Source: Candidatus Cryptobacteroides sp. (GTDB lineage: Bacteria > Bacteroidota > Bacteroidia > Bacteroidales > UBA932). From it: a stretch of 64,000 nt of DNA. Below are positions 9,472 through 18,008 of the stretch, one piece after another. Every line of letters starts with the position of its first letter. The stretch's first letter is position 1. The notes below the pieces were generated by a model. It ran no database searches, was not told the DNA's origin, and saw only the letters and a program-made list of their open reading frames with translations. The position numbers were made by a program, and so were the translations under genes. The stretch covers positions 308 to 64,307 of the forward strand of contig JAZNAW010000105.1 in NCBI GenBank assembly GCA_045586745.1, given 5' to 3'.

Positions 9472-11808
9472 ATGACAGAAACGACAAGAAAGAAGATAAT
9501 CAGATGGTTCTGGATTCTTTTTACGGTTCCGGTTGTACTCGTGGTATCTCTCATAGGCCTTGTATGGGCATTGGCAGACATACCTTCATTCGAGGAACTT
9601 GAGAATCCGGACAGCAAGCTTGCAACCCAGGTGATAGCGGAAGACGGAGAGATACTTACGACGTTCCATATAGAGAACAGGTCTTATGTGAGCTATGATG
9701 AACTGTCTCCGAATCTTGTACATGCGGCCGTAGCAACGGAGGATTCCCGTTTCTACAACCATTCCGGAATCGATTTCGAGAGTCTGGCCCGTGTACTTGT
9801 GAAGACTCTTCTGGGAGGAAGTTCGAGCCAGGGTGGAGGAAGTACGATCACCCAGCAGCTGGCTAAAACCCTCTATCCGCGTGAGGATATGGGTGGCTCG
9901 AAGTTCAAGATGGTCTGGACAAAGCTGAAGGAGTGGGTTACTGCCGTGAAGCTTGAACGCAGTTATACCAAGGACGAGATCATGAACATGTACATGAATC
10001 AGGTCTTCTTCGGCAGCAATGCATACGGAATAAAGGCTGCAGCCCAGACGTTCTTCGGAAAGGCGCCTATAGATCTTACGGTTGAAGAAGCCGCCACTCT
10101 TGTGGGAATGGTGAACAAGCCGACAAGATACAATCCGGCCCTCAATCCGGAAAGATCGCTTCAGCGCAGGAATCTTGTGATTTCAAGAATGGAGCAGAAC
10201 GGCTTCCTTACCAAGGAGGAACGTGATTCGATCCAGCAGATTCCGATAACCCTTTCTTATCAGGTGCAGGACCATAATGCCGGCATCGGACCATACTTCA
10301 GGGATATGCTCCGCCGTACAATGAACGCCAAGGAACCTAAGCGTTCGTCGTACAGCCAGTATGAGGATTATGTGGTGGACTCTCTTCTCTGGGCTGACAA
10401 CGGACTGTACGGCTGGCTGAACAAGAACACGAAAGCCGACGGTTCGAAGTACAACCTTGACAGGGACGGTCTCAAGATATACACCACCATCAACTACAAG
10501 ATGCAGCAATACGCGGAAGAGGCGGTTGCCGAACATCTTGGAAAGGACCTTCAGAAGACGTTTGACAGACATGTCAGATGGAACCGCAAGAAACCGTTTG
10601 CCAGCGATGTGAGTCAGGAACAGATTGACATGCTTATGAGGCAGGCCCGCAGGTGGAGCGACCGCTATCGTATCATGAAGGAGAACGGATCTTCTGAAAA
10701 GGATATTGTGAAGAGTTTCTCAGAGCCGGTCAAGATGCGCCTCTTCTCCTGGAACAAGCAGGGATACATCGATACAGTGATGACTCCAGACGATTCGATC
10801 AAGTATTATAAAGGTCATCTCCGTGCGGCATTCATGGCAATAGAACCTAATACAGGTCATGTCAAGGCATATGTCGGCGGTCCTAACTACAGGTACTTCA
10901 AGTATGACAATGTGCGTCAGGGAAAACGTCAGGTAGGCTCTACGATCAAGCCTTTCCTATATACCCTTGCCATGCAGGAGGGCATGAGCCCGTGCGACAA
11001 GGTCGTGAACGTTCCGCAGACCTTCATGGTCGGAGACACTACATGGACTCCGAAGAGTACGGATGCCGATGAATGGATCGGGCAGACAGTGACTCTCAAG
11101 TGGGGACTTACAAAGAGTTCAAACAATATATCTGCGTATCTGATGAAGCAGTATGGTCCGGAGGCAATGGTCGAGATGATGAGAAAGATGGGTGTCGGAT
11201 GTTATCTGGATGCTGTGAACCCTCTATGTGTCGGCTCGGCCGACATATCGGTCTACGAGATGGTGGCGGCATACAATACCTTCCCTTCCAAGGGAGTATA
11301 TGTCGAACCGATTTTCGTGACAAGGATCGAGGACAGCATGGGCAATGTTCTCGGCGAATTCAACAACAGGAAGAAGGAAGCCATAAGCGACTATACTGCA
11401 TATCTGATGGCTAACCTGATGCAGGGAGTCGTCAACAGCGGAACCGGTGTGCGTCTGAGGACGAAGTATGGCCTTAAAGGCGAGATCGCAGGAAAGACAG
11501 GTACCACGAACGATCAGTCGGACGGCTGGTTCATCGGCTATACCCCTTCGCTTACAGCCGGCATATGGGTCGGTGCCGAGGACCGTCAGGTACATTTCGA
11601 ATCGCTTTCGCTCGGAGGCGGATCGAATATGGCGCTTCCTATCTGGGGCATATTCATGCAGAAGGTTCTTCAGGACGGTACGCTCGGTGTGTATGAGACG
11701 GACCGTTTCGTCAAGCCTATGGGAATCGAACTTAATCTCAATTGTGACGGAAGCGATGCCGATGCAGTTGTAAGTGCCGAGGAAGAAGAAGATTATTTCT
11801 ATGAATAA
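9472..11808 (+). CDS. mrcA: Class A penicillin-binding protein 1A (transglycosylase/transpeptidase)
   Basis: EDSRFYNHSG, GGSTITQQLAK, STIK, SSN, KTGTT. Confidence 0.93.
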   Translation: MTETTRKKIIRWFWILFTVPVVLVVSLIGLVWALADIPSFEELENPDSKLATQVIAEDGEILTTFHIENRSYVSYDELSPNLVHAAVATEDSRFYNHSGIDFESLARVLVKTLLGGSSSQGGGSTITQQLAKTLYPREDMGGSKFKMVWTKLKEWVTAVKLERSYTKDEIMNMYMNQVFFGSNAYGIKAAAQTFFGKAPIDLTVEEAATLVGMVNKPTRYNPALNPERSLQRRNLVISRMEQNGFLTKEERDSIQQIPITLSYQVQDHNAGIGPYFRDMLRRTMNAKEPKRSSYSQYEDYVVDSLLWADNGLYGWLNKNTKADGSKYNLDRDGLKIYTTINYKMQQYAEEAVAEHLGKDLQKTFDRHVRWNRKKPFASDVSQEQIDMLMRQARRWSDRYRIMKENGSSEKDIVKSFSEPVKMRLFSWNKQGYIDTVMTPDDSIKYYKGHLRAAFMAIEPNTGHVKAYVGGPNYRYFKYDNVRQGKRQVGSTIKPFLYTLAMQEGMSPCDKVVNVPQTFMVGDTTWTPKSTDADEWIGQTVTLKWGLTKSSNNISAYLMKQYGPEAMVEMMRKMGVGCYLDAVNPLCVGSADISVYEMVAAYNTFPSKGVYVEPIFVTRIEDSMGNVLGEFNNRKKEAISDYTAYLMANLMQGVVNSGTGVRLRTKYGLKGEIAGKTGTTNDQSDGWFIGYTPSLTAGIWVGAEDRQVHFESLSLGGGSNMALPIWGIFMQKVLQDGTLGVYETDRFVKPMGIELNLNCDGSDADAVVSAEEEEDYFYE

Positions 11809-12826
11809 GAACACAGTGATAAAGTCAGTAGTGGTGATATATGGCAGCGATTCTTCCGAATGGGAGGTTTCGGTGCGTAGCGGTGAGTTTACCGCGTCTC
11901 AGGTAGATGGTGGTAAATATGATGTGTATGAAGTGTTTGCCCGTTACGGAGAGTGGTCTCTTGTGGCATACCGCAGAGGTTCCGGTGAAAGGATTGTGAT
12001 TCCCGAAAACGGGCGTCCCACGGTCGACAAGTCGGATTTTTCTGTTCTTCTTGACGGAAGGAAGGTCAAGTTCGACTATGCATATATAATGCAGCATGGA
12101 ACTCCGGGAGAGAACGGTCTCATGCAGGGATATCTTGAGATGATAGGAGTTCCGCACAGCGGATGCGATGCGTTCGTTGCTGCAATCACCTTTGACAAGT
12201 TCTCATGCAAGAGCTATCTGAAGGATGTTGATTTCGTGAAATGTGCGGATGATGTTTTCATCAGAAAAGGTGAGCCGCTTGAAGGTCTTGCACAGAAGGC
12301 TGTGGAAAGGCTTGGACTTCCGATGTTCGTGAAGCCGACTGACGGAGGAAGCAGCTTCGGTGTGACCAAGGTCAAGAGGATTGAGGATTTTGATGCTGCG
12401 GTGGAGGCTGCTTTTGCAGAGGGAAAGACAGTTATGGCAGAAGGTGCGATCGTGGGTCGTGAACTTACATGCGCAGTGTATTTCAACGGCAAGGAGAATG
12501 TCGCTCTGCCTGTGATCGAGATCATCACGGAGAACGAGTTCTTCGACTATGAAGCGAAATACAACGGTCATAGCCGTGAGGTCTGTCCTGCGCAGATTCC
12601 GGATGCCCTTCGTGATGAGATACAGGAGGTGTCGAAGAAGATATATGCCCACCTCGGCTGTGCCGGTCTTGTGCGTGTGGACTACATCGCTTCGGATGAT
12701 GGTCTGTACTTCCTCGAGGTCAATACGATTCCGGGCATGACATCGGCTTCGCTTGTGCCGCAGATGGTACGTGCTGCCGGTCTTTCCATGACTGATTTCC
12801 TTACTACCATCATAAACAATTCTTAG
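11801..12826 (+). CDS. ddl: D-alanine--D-alanine ligase
   Basis: HGTPGENG, VKPTDGGSSFG, FFDYEAKY, LEVNTIPGMT..S. ATG at 11801 overlaps the PBP1A stop region. Confidence 0.95.
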   Translation: MNKNTVIKSVVVIYGSDSSEWEVSVRSGEFTASQVDGGKYDVYEVFARYGEWSLVAYRRGSGERIVIPENGRPTVDKSDFSVLLDGRKVKFDYAYIMQHGTPGENGLMQGYLEMIGVPHSGCDAFVAAITFDKFSCKSYLKDVDFVKCADDVFIRKGEPLEGLAQKAVERLGLPMFVKPTDGGSSFGVTKVKRIEDFDAAVEAAFAEGKTVMAEGAIVGRELTCAVYFNGKENVALPVIEIITENEFFDYEAKYNGHSREVCPAQIPDALRDEIQEVSKKIYAHLGCAGLVRVDYIASDDGLYFLEVNTIPGMTSASLVPQMVRAAGLSMTDFLTTIINNS

Positions 12827-12857
12827 TAGTCTGTCAGTCTGACAACATGTGATGTGA

Positions 12858-13724
12858 ATGCTTTTAAGAGATTTTATAAAGAAAGGAGTCGAGACCATTT
12901 CTGCGCTGTACCCGGAGGGGGAGGCGAAGGAGATGGTCTATGCTTTTCTTGAGCATCATCTCGGCACGAAGCGTCATACGCATATTGTAGAACCTCTTTA
13001 TGAGGTGTCAGATACGGCGGTTGCCGGTGCCCTGGTAGCCTTTGAACGTATGGCTGCCGGCGAGCCTCTCCAATATGTGACAGGACTTGCCGATTTCTAC
13101 GGACGTCAGTTCAGAGTTACTCCCGATGTCCTCATTCCACGTCCTGAAACCGAACTTCTCTGCCGGGAAGTCATCAGGAAATACTTGCAGAGCCATGAAT
13201 CCGTCAGGATTCTGGATCTCTGCACAGGAAGCGGATGCATAGCATGGACTCTGGCTCTGGAAATGCCGGGTGCGGAGGTGACTGCGGTGGATATCTCTGA
13301 CGGAGCACTGACGGTGGCTTCTTCCCAGAATTTCGCAGAAGAGATTGCACAGACAGGAACATTTGCACCGAAATTCATGAAGGCAGACGTTCTTGCCGGA
13401 CCTTCTCGTGCGCAGCAGTACGATATCATCGTCAGCAATCCGCCGTATGTGATGGATAAGGAAAAGGCCCTGATGCGACGGAATGTCCTGGATCACGAAC
13501 CGCATCTTGCGCTCTTTGTGTCTGACGATGATCCTCTTGTCTTCTATCGTGCCATTTCGCAGTGGGCCAAGGCCCTTCTCAACCCCGATGGCTATTGTAT
13601 AGTCGAAATCAATGAGGCCCTCGGTTCCGAAACCGCCCAGATCTATATAGACGCCGGATTCCGCTCTGTCGGAATTATCCGTGACCTTTCGGACCGCGAC
13701 CGCTTCGTGTCTTTCCGTCGCTAG
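12858..13724 (+). CDS. prmC: Release factor glutamine methyltransferase
   Basis: EPLQY, VLIPRPETE, LDLCTGSGCIA, VSNPPY. Confidence 0.95.
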   Translation: MLLRDFIKKGVETISALYPEGEAKEMVYAFLEHHLGTKRHTHIVEPLYEVSDTAVAGALVAFERMAAGEPLQYVTGLADFYGRQFRVTPDVLIPRPETELLCREVIRKYLQSHESVRILDLCTGSGCIAWTLALEMPGAEVTAVDISDGALTVASSQNFAEEIAQTGTFAPKFMKADVLAGPSRAQQYDIIVSNPPYVMDKEKALMRRNVLDHEPHLALFVSDDDPLVFYRAISQWAKALLNPDGYCIVEINEALGSETAQIYIDAGFRSVGIIRDLSDRDRFVSFRR

Positions 13725-13838
13725 GCGTGCCTGCGTGGAACAAAATGTGGAACAATTTGTCTGATTTTTTATAAAAATCGAACAAATTTAAGAGATGAAA
13801 TCGTGCTTTCAGGTATCTGGGATCGCGATTTTTTAAAT

Positions 13839-13867
13839 TAGCCGCATACTTTTTCGGTATGCGGCTA
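13839..13867 (+). terminator. Probable terminator hairpin after mrcA-ddl-prmC
   Basis: 11-bp stem TAGCCGCATAC/GTATGCGGCTA with 7-nt loop; weak U-tail. Confidence 0.55.
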
Positions 13868-13902
13868 TTACTTCAGAACTTTGCATCATCAAAAAGAAAG
13901 AT

Positions 13903-15111
13903 ATGAAAAGTTCAATGATTACAACGTTAGCCTCATTAGTTATTGCAGTTTCATGTGAGATGACTTATGATGAATCCAAGGGATTTCTGGATGGGGAGGA
14001 AGAGAAGGTTTCCGTATGTCTTGATGAAGTTGCCGAGATCCTGTCTATGGTCCCTTTGCATACTTCCCAGATGACCGAAGTGCACGATGCGGTCACCTCG
14101 TCTTCCGAAAACGGCTATGATGAGGAATATACGATGAAGCATCTTTTTGAAACACCTGGTGCCGGAGTCGGTGACAATGAAGTGAAATCGGGAAGATCAT
14201 ATGAGAAACCTTTGCATGAGCTGATAGAGGAACAGGTAAGGTCGATGTCTGCAACCAAAGCCTTGTCGATGGATCCGGATAGTTTCCTGCAGGCGCTGAC
14301 AGATTCTGATGTGCAGATATACTGGCCGTTTTCAGACGAATGGGATGGTAAGACAATGCCTGTGATCACATTCGATCCGGAGGACGGTTCTTCTGTGAAT
14401 ATGGGTTATAGAATGATGATTGAAGATGATGGTTCCCGCCATGTGGAAGAGATTGTGGTAGATGAGGAGATGGCGATGGAGGCGCCGGTATGGGTAGTGA
14501 ACAGAAACGACGATGCCGGTTTCACCTCCCTGGAGATGTTGAGAAGGGAAGATCCTGAATGGGGTGAAGGAGGCGGTGCCATCATTGTCAATCCGTCAAG
14601 GTCCTCTTGCTGTGCGCCATCGGTTAAATCGGGACTGAAGACGCTGATCCTAAGGGATTTCACGATGAAACGGAATTACGACTCATGGTTTGCCGGCGCA
14701 TCTGAATTCTTCGTAAAGATCGGGTATATGGAGGATTTTACCGCTACTACGGAAGCTGAACTTAGGCTGTACAGTCCGATGATCACGGATTTCATGATCG
14801 TCGTCAAGCGTAATCAGGTAGGTAAGCCACAGAATTTCAATGCCATATTGATGTCTGACTGGTCTGAGGCGGCAGATGCCTGCGCCTTCATGATAACGGA
14901 AGATGACGGAGGAACGCAGACCGAATGGACCAGCAAGGCAAAGGTCTTTGTAGCCGGAAAGAGCTATGGTGTGGAAATTACTTTGCCTCTGAATGTCAGG
15001 GATGATGTGGTGTGGAGAGGAAAACTTGCTTACGACTGGTTTGACAGATGTGACGGTGAGTCCTGGCCTTTCGGAGATGTTGACCTTACTTTCGAAATAA
15101 TCGAGCACTAG
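13903..15111 (+). CDS. Hypothetical acidic lipoprotein
   Basis: 402-aa ORF, lipobox IAVSC, acidic N-terminus; no family recognised with certainty. Confidence 0.8.
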   Translation: MKSSMITTLASLVIAVSCEMTYDESKGFLDGEEEKVSVCLDEVAEILSMVPLHTSQMTEVHDAVTSSSENGYDEEYTMKHLFETPGAGVGDNEVKSGRSYEKPLHELIEEQVRSMSATKALSMDPDSFLQALTDSDVQIYWPFSDEWDGKTMPVITFDPEDGSSVNMGYRMMIEDDGSRHVEEIVVDEEMAMEAPVWVVNRNDDAGFTSLEMLRREDPEWGEGGGAIIVNPSRSSCCAPSVKSGLKTLILRDFTMKRNYDSWFAGASEFFVKIGYMEDFTATTEAELRLYSPMITDFMIVVKRNQVGKPQNFNAILMSDWSEAADACAFMITEDDGGTQTEWTSKAKVFVAGKSYGVEITLPLNVRDDVVWRGKLAYDWFDRCDGESWPFGDVDLTFEIIEH

Positions 15112-16985
15112 GCTTCGGAAAGTGTCATCTCGCAGTTACGGCAGTCGAAGTTGAGGACGAACTTCTGTCCGTTGTTCATAAGATATAAAGGTCCCGGAGT
15201 CTTGCATCCGTGATGTTTCGGGCACATCCCGAGTTCGTATCTCACGCAATATTTTGTCCGCATGAGTTCCGCCTCGCTGATATGGCTTAACTCATAGGCC
15301 GGCTCCGTGGACTTCAGTCCGCATGACAGATAAACGGTTTCGGATAACCGGTTTGATATGTTGTTTTTGTAACTGGTCTTCTTCTGGGGGAATATACATA
15401 CGTTTTTGCCTACAGTCATGACATCCCTCAGGAGAAGATCTTTTTTACCGCATGGCATGGCATCAAGTCTCTCGGCAAGATCTCTTCTTATGGAGTTGAG
15501 GAATGATGCGCTCATGAATGGAAGGCTTTCTGTTGCAGAGACTGCATCAACACGGAATGAATAGTGTCCGGTGTTCTTGCCTATCTGTGCCTTTACCATT
15601 TCCAACATCCTGCCCCGGTTGTTGGCCTCCTGGTCTCCGGCGTTGTATCTGCATGATGTACTGCGTCCGTCTTCGCTTTCAGCATTTGCGGTGACGGTCC
15701 ATTCAGCAACGTTGCGACTGAAATAAAGATTTACGTCGACTGAAAGCATCCTGACGCATGAATTCCTTTCAAGTTCCTTTTCAAATGCCGCATTGATGTT
15801 TCTGTATATTACGGCTCCTGTGTAGATTTCAGGGATGCTCTTGCATCTTATTGAAAGGCCTTCGCAAACATCGCCTCTGAATCCGCAGACGTCTCCGTTT
15901 CTTGACACGAACGAAAACCCGTCGCCATTGTTCAATACCGGACCTTTGTGTGACGGGCGTATTGTAAGTGCAGACTTGTTCCCGTTCAGACTGACGACTG
16001 TTCCGATTTCCTCACCCATGGACTTTGCCGCATCCATTGATGCCCATTTCCCTCGTTTCCCGTCAAGGAAAAGCTCTGTGTAGCCTCGGTTGAATGTCTT
16101 TGCCGTGTCCGGTGTGAAACCTCCGCTGACAGTCCCGTATGATCCCCTTTCATATAGACATGGATGTCCGCTGACAAGATTGTCCAGAGCGATGGAGTAG
16201 TCCCTGACCACATTCCTGACATAGGAAATGTTCTTGAGTCTTCCTTCTATCTTGAATGATGTGATTCCTGCTTCAGCAAGCTCTTCAAGTCTGTTCCGAA
16301 GGTTATAGTCCTTGAGGGAAAGCAGCGCCTTGTCCTTGACCAGAACCTTCCCGGAAGCATCGATGAGGTCGTAGCGTGAACGGCATGCCTGGATGCAGGC
16401 TCCCCTGTTGGCGCTGCGTCCGGCTATCTTTTCTGAAAGATAGCACTGTCCGCTGTAACATACGCACAGGGCGCCGTGTACAAAGAATTCAAGTTCACAT
16501 GTGACGGCTTTGCGTATGGTGCGTATCTGATCCAGAGAAAGTTCCCGTTCGAGAATCAGGCGCGAGAATCCCAGACTTTCAAGAAAGGCTGCCTGTTCTG
16601 GAGTCCTGATGGCACATTGCGTGGATGCGTGGAGGGGGATGCGTATCTCCTCCTTCAGACTGCCGATGCCGTTGCAGGTCATTTCCAGTACAGCCATGTC
16701 CTGCACTATGATGGCGTCTGCTCCTGCTTCCTGAACTGCCAGTATCTGTCTGTATGCCTGTTCCAGTTCGTTGTCATACAGTATTGTGTTGAGGGTGACG
16801 AATATGCGCGCTCCGAACTTATGCGCATAGGAGCATAAGTCCCGTATGTCCTCAACTGAATTTCCTGCAGCCTGACGTGCTCCGAACTGCGGTCCGGCTA
16901 TATACACAGCATCGGCACCGCAGTCGATAGCTGCGATGCCGATCTGTAAGTCTCTTGCCGGAGCAAGCAGTTCAAGCTGTTTCAT
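15108..16985 (-). CDS. U32 family protein (RlhA-like, probable RNA hydroxylation) with C-terminal DUF3656-like region
   Basis: LELLAPA, GADAVY, HASTQ, FVHGALCVCYSGQC, SANRGACIQACR, SFKIEGRLK. Confidence 0.9.
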   Translation of the reverse strand: MKQLELLAPARDLQIGIAAIDCGADAVYIAGPQFGARQAAGNSVEDIRDLCSYAHKFGARIFVTLNTILYDNELEQAYRQILAVQEAGADAIIVQDMAVLEMTCNGIGSLKEEIRIPLHASTQCAIRTPEQAAFLESLGFSRLILERELSLDQIRTIRKAVTCELEFFVHGALCVCYSGQCYLSEKIAGRSANRGACIQACRSRYDLIDASGKVLVKDKALLSLKDYNLRNRLEELAEAGITSFKIEGRLKNISYVRNVVRDYSIALDNLVSGHPCLYERGSYGTVSGGFTPDTAKTFNRGYTELFLDGKRGKWASMDAAKSMGEEIGTVVSLNGNKSALTIRPSHKGPVLNNGDGFSFVSRNGDVCGFRGDVCEGLSIRCKSIPEIYTGAVIYRNINAAFEKELERNSCVRMLSVDVNLYFSRNVAEWTVTANAESEDGRSTSCRYNAGDQEANNRGRMLEMVKAQIGKNTGHYSFRVDAVSATESLPFMSASFLNSIRRDLAERLDAMPCGKKDLLLRDVMTVGKNVCIFPQKKTSYKNNISNRLSETVYLSCGLKSTEPAYELSHISEAELMRTKYCVRYELGMCPKHHGCKTPGPLYLMNNGQKFVLNFDCRNCEMTLSEA

Positions 16986-16991
16986 CAGGGA

Positions 16992-17921
16992 TTAGAGAGT
17001 CTTTAACTGCTCCTGAGCTGAAGCACCGAACTGAGGGTCAGTTGACACTGCCTGATAGTACTCCTTTGCCTTCGCCTTGTCACCAGCCTGCTGATAGAGA
17101 GCTGCGATAGTGAACTTCACGCCAGCTGCATCCTTTGCGTTAGGGCTGAGCTCGAGATACTTCTCGTAGTTTGCGATACAGTCAGCGTTCTTGCCGAGCT
17201 GCTGAGAAGCGCTTGCAGCGAAACGGTATGCGTTTGCATTCTCAAGATACTGGTTGGACTTCGCTGCATAGTCGATAGTCTCCTGATATTTCTTTGCCTT
17301 GCTTGCAGCCTGTGCGAGCTTCACGTACATGTTTGAGAGCTGCTTGTTTGCGTTCTTCTCCTGACCGTTAGCGGCAGCCTGAACATAAGCGGCCTCTGCC
17401 TCTTCTGTCTTGTTCTGCTGCTGGAGAGTCTGTCCGAGACGGAAATATGCCATGCCGTTTGTAGGGTCAATCTCGAGAGCCTGCTTGTATGCAGCTTCAG
17501 CTTCAGGGAAGCTCTTCGCTGTAAGGAAGCCGTTACCCTTTGAAACATATACCTGAGGCATGAGTCCGTTTGCGTCGTCAGCTACTTCAGGAGTTTCGTA
17601 CTTGCCTGCGGCCTCGATAGCCTTCTTAAGCTGCTCTACAGCAGAGTCATACTGCTCAGCCTTGATCATTTCCTTAGCTGATGCAAGGTATACTGCAGGG
17701 ATGATGTTACGGCAGTTAGTTGCAACTTCAGCACCCTCTTCTCCGAGAGCCTCTGCCATTTCAAGAGCTGCCTGGAAGTATCCGATAGCTGCATCATTGT
17801 TGCCCATCTGAAGTTCCATAGCACCATTGTTGTAATTTTCGGTTGCCTGATTGATGTCCTGAGCGAACACCATTCCTGCCGACATTGCGACAGTGACGAA
17901 CAAAAGGAAAATCTTCTTCAT
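16992..17921 (-). CDS. Secreted tetratricopeptide-repeat protein
   Basis: Signal peptide (VFA/QD) and multiple TPRs (AYKQALEIDP, YEKYLELSP). Confidence 0.88.
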   Translation of the reverse strand: MKKIFLLFVTVAMSAGMVFAQDINQATENYNNGAMELQMGNNDAAIGYFQAALEMAEALGEEGAEVATNCRNIIPAVYLASAKEMIKAEQYDSAVEQLKKAIEAAGKYETPEVADDANGLMPQVYVSKGNGFLTAKSFPEAEAAYKQALEIDPTNGMAYFRLGQTLQQQNKTEEAEAAYVQAAANGQEKNANKQLSNMYVKLAQAASKAKKYQETIDYAAKSNQYLENANAYRFAASASQQLGKNADCIANYEKYLELSPNAKDAAGVKFTIAALYQQAGDKAKAKEYYQAVSTDPQFGASAQEQLKTL

Positions 17922-17970
17922 AATGATATTGTGGTTTTAATAATTAATTGCTTTAAAGTGACATAGGATG

Positions 17971-18000
17971 CAAAAGTAGGAAAAAAAAGTCGTATTTTTG
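17971..18000. promoter_or_regulatory. Divergent pair of Bacteroidetes -7 promoter elements
   Basis: TACTTTTG on minus strand (17971-17978) and TATTTTTG on plus strand (17993-18000), matching TAnnTTTG. Confidence 0.6.
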
Positions 18001-18008
18001 CAAATGAT

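Noticed and set aside
12830-12845. Small inverted repeat TGTCAG-T-CTGACA between ddl and prmC
   Set aside because: Too short, with a 1-nt loop; compatible with chance.
13727-13755. parS site
   Set aside because: Only the right half (GTGGAACA) of the 16-bp parS palindrome is present, twice; the left arms do not match.
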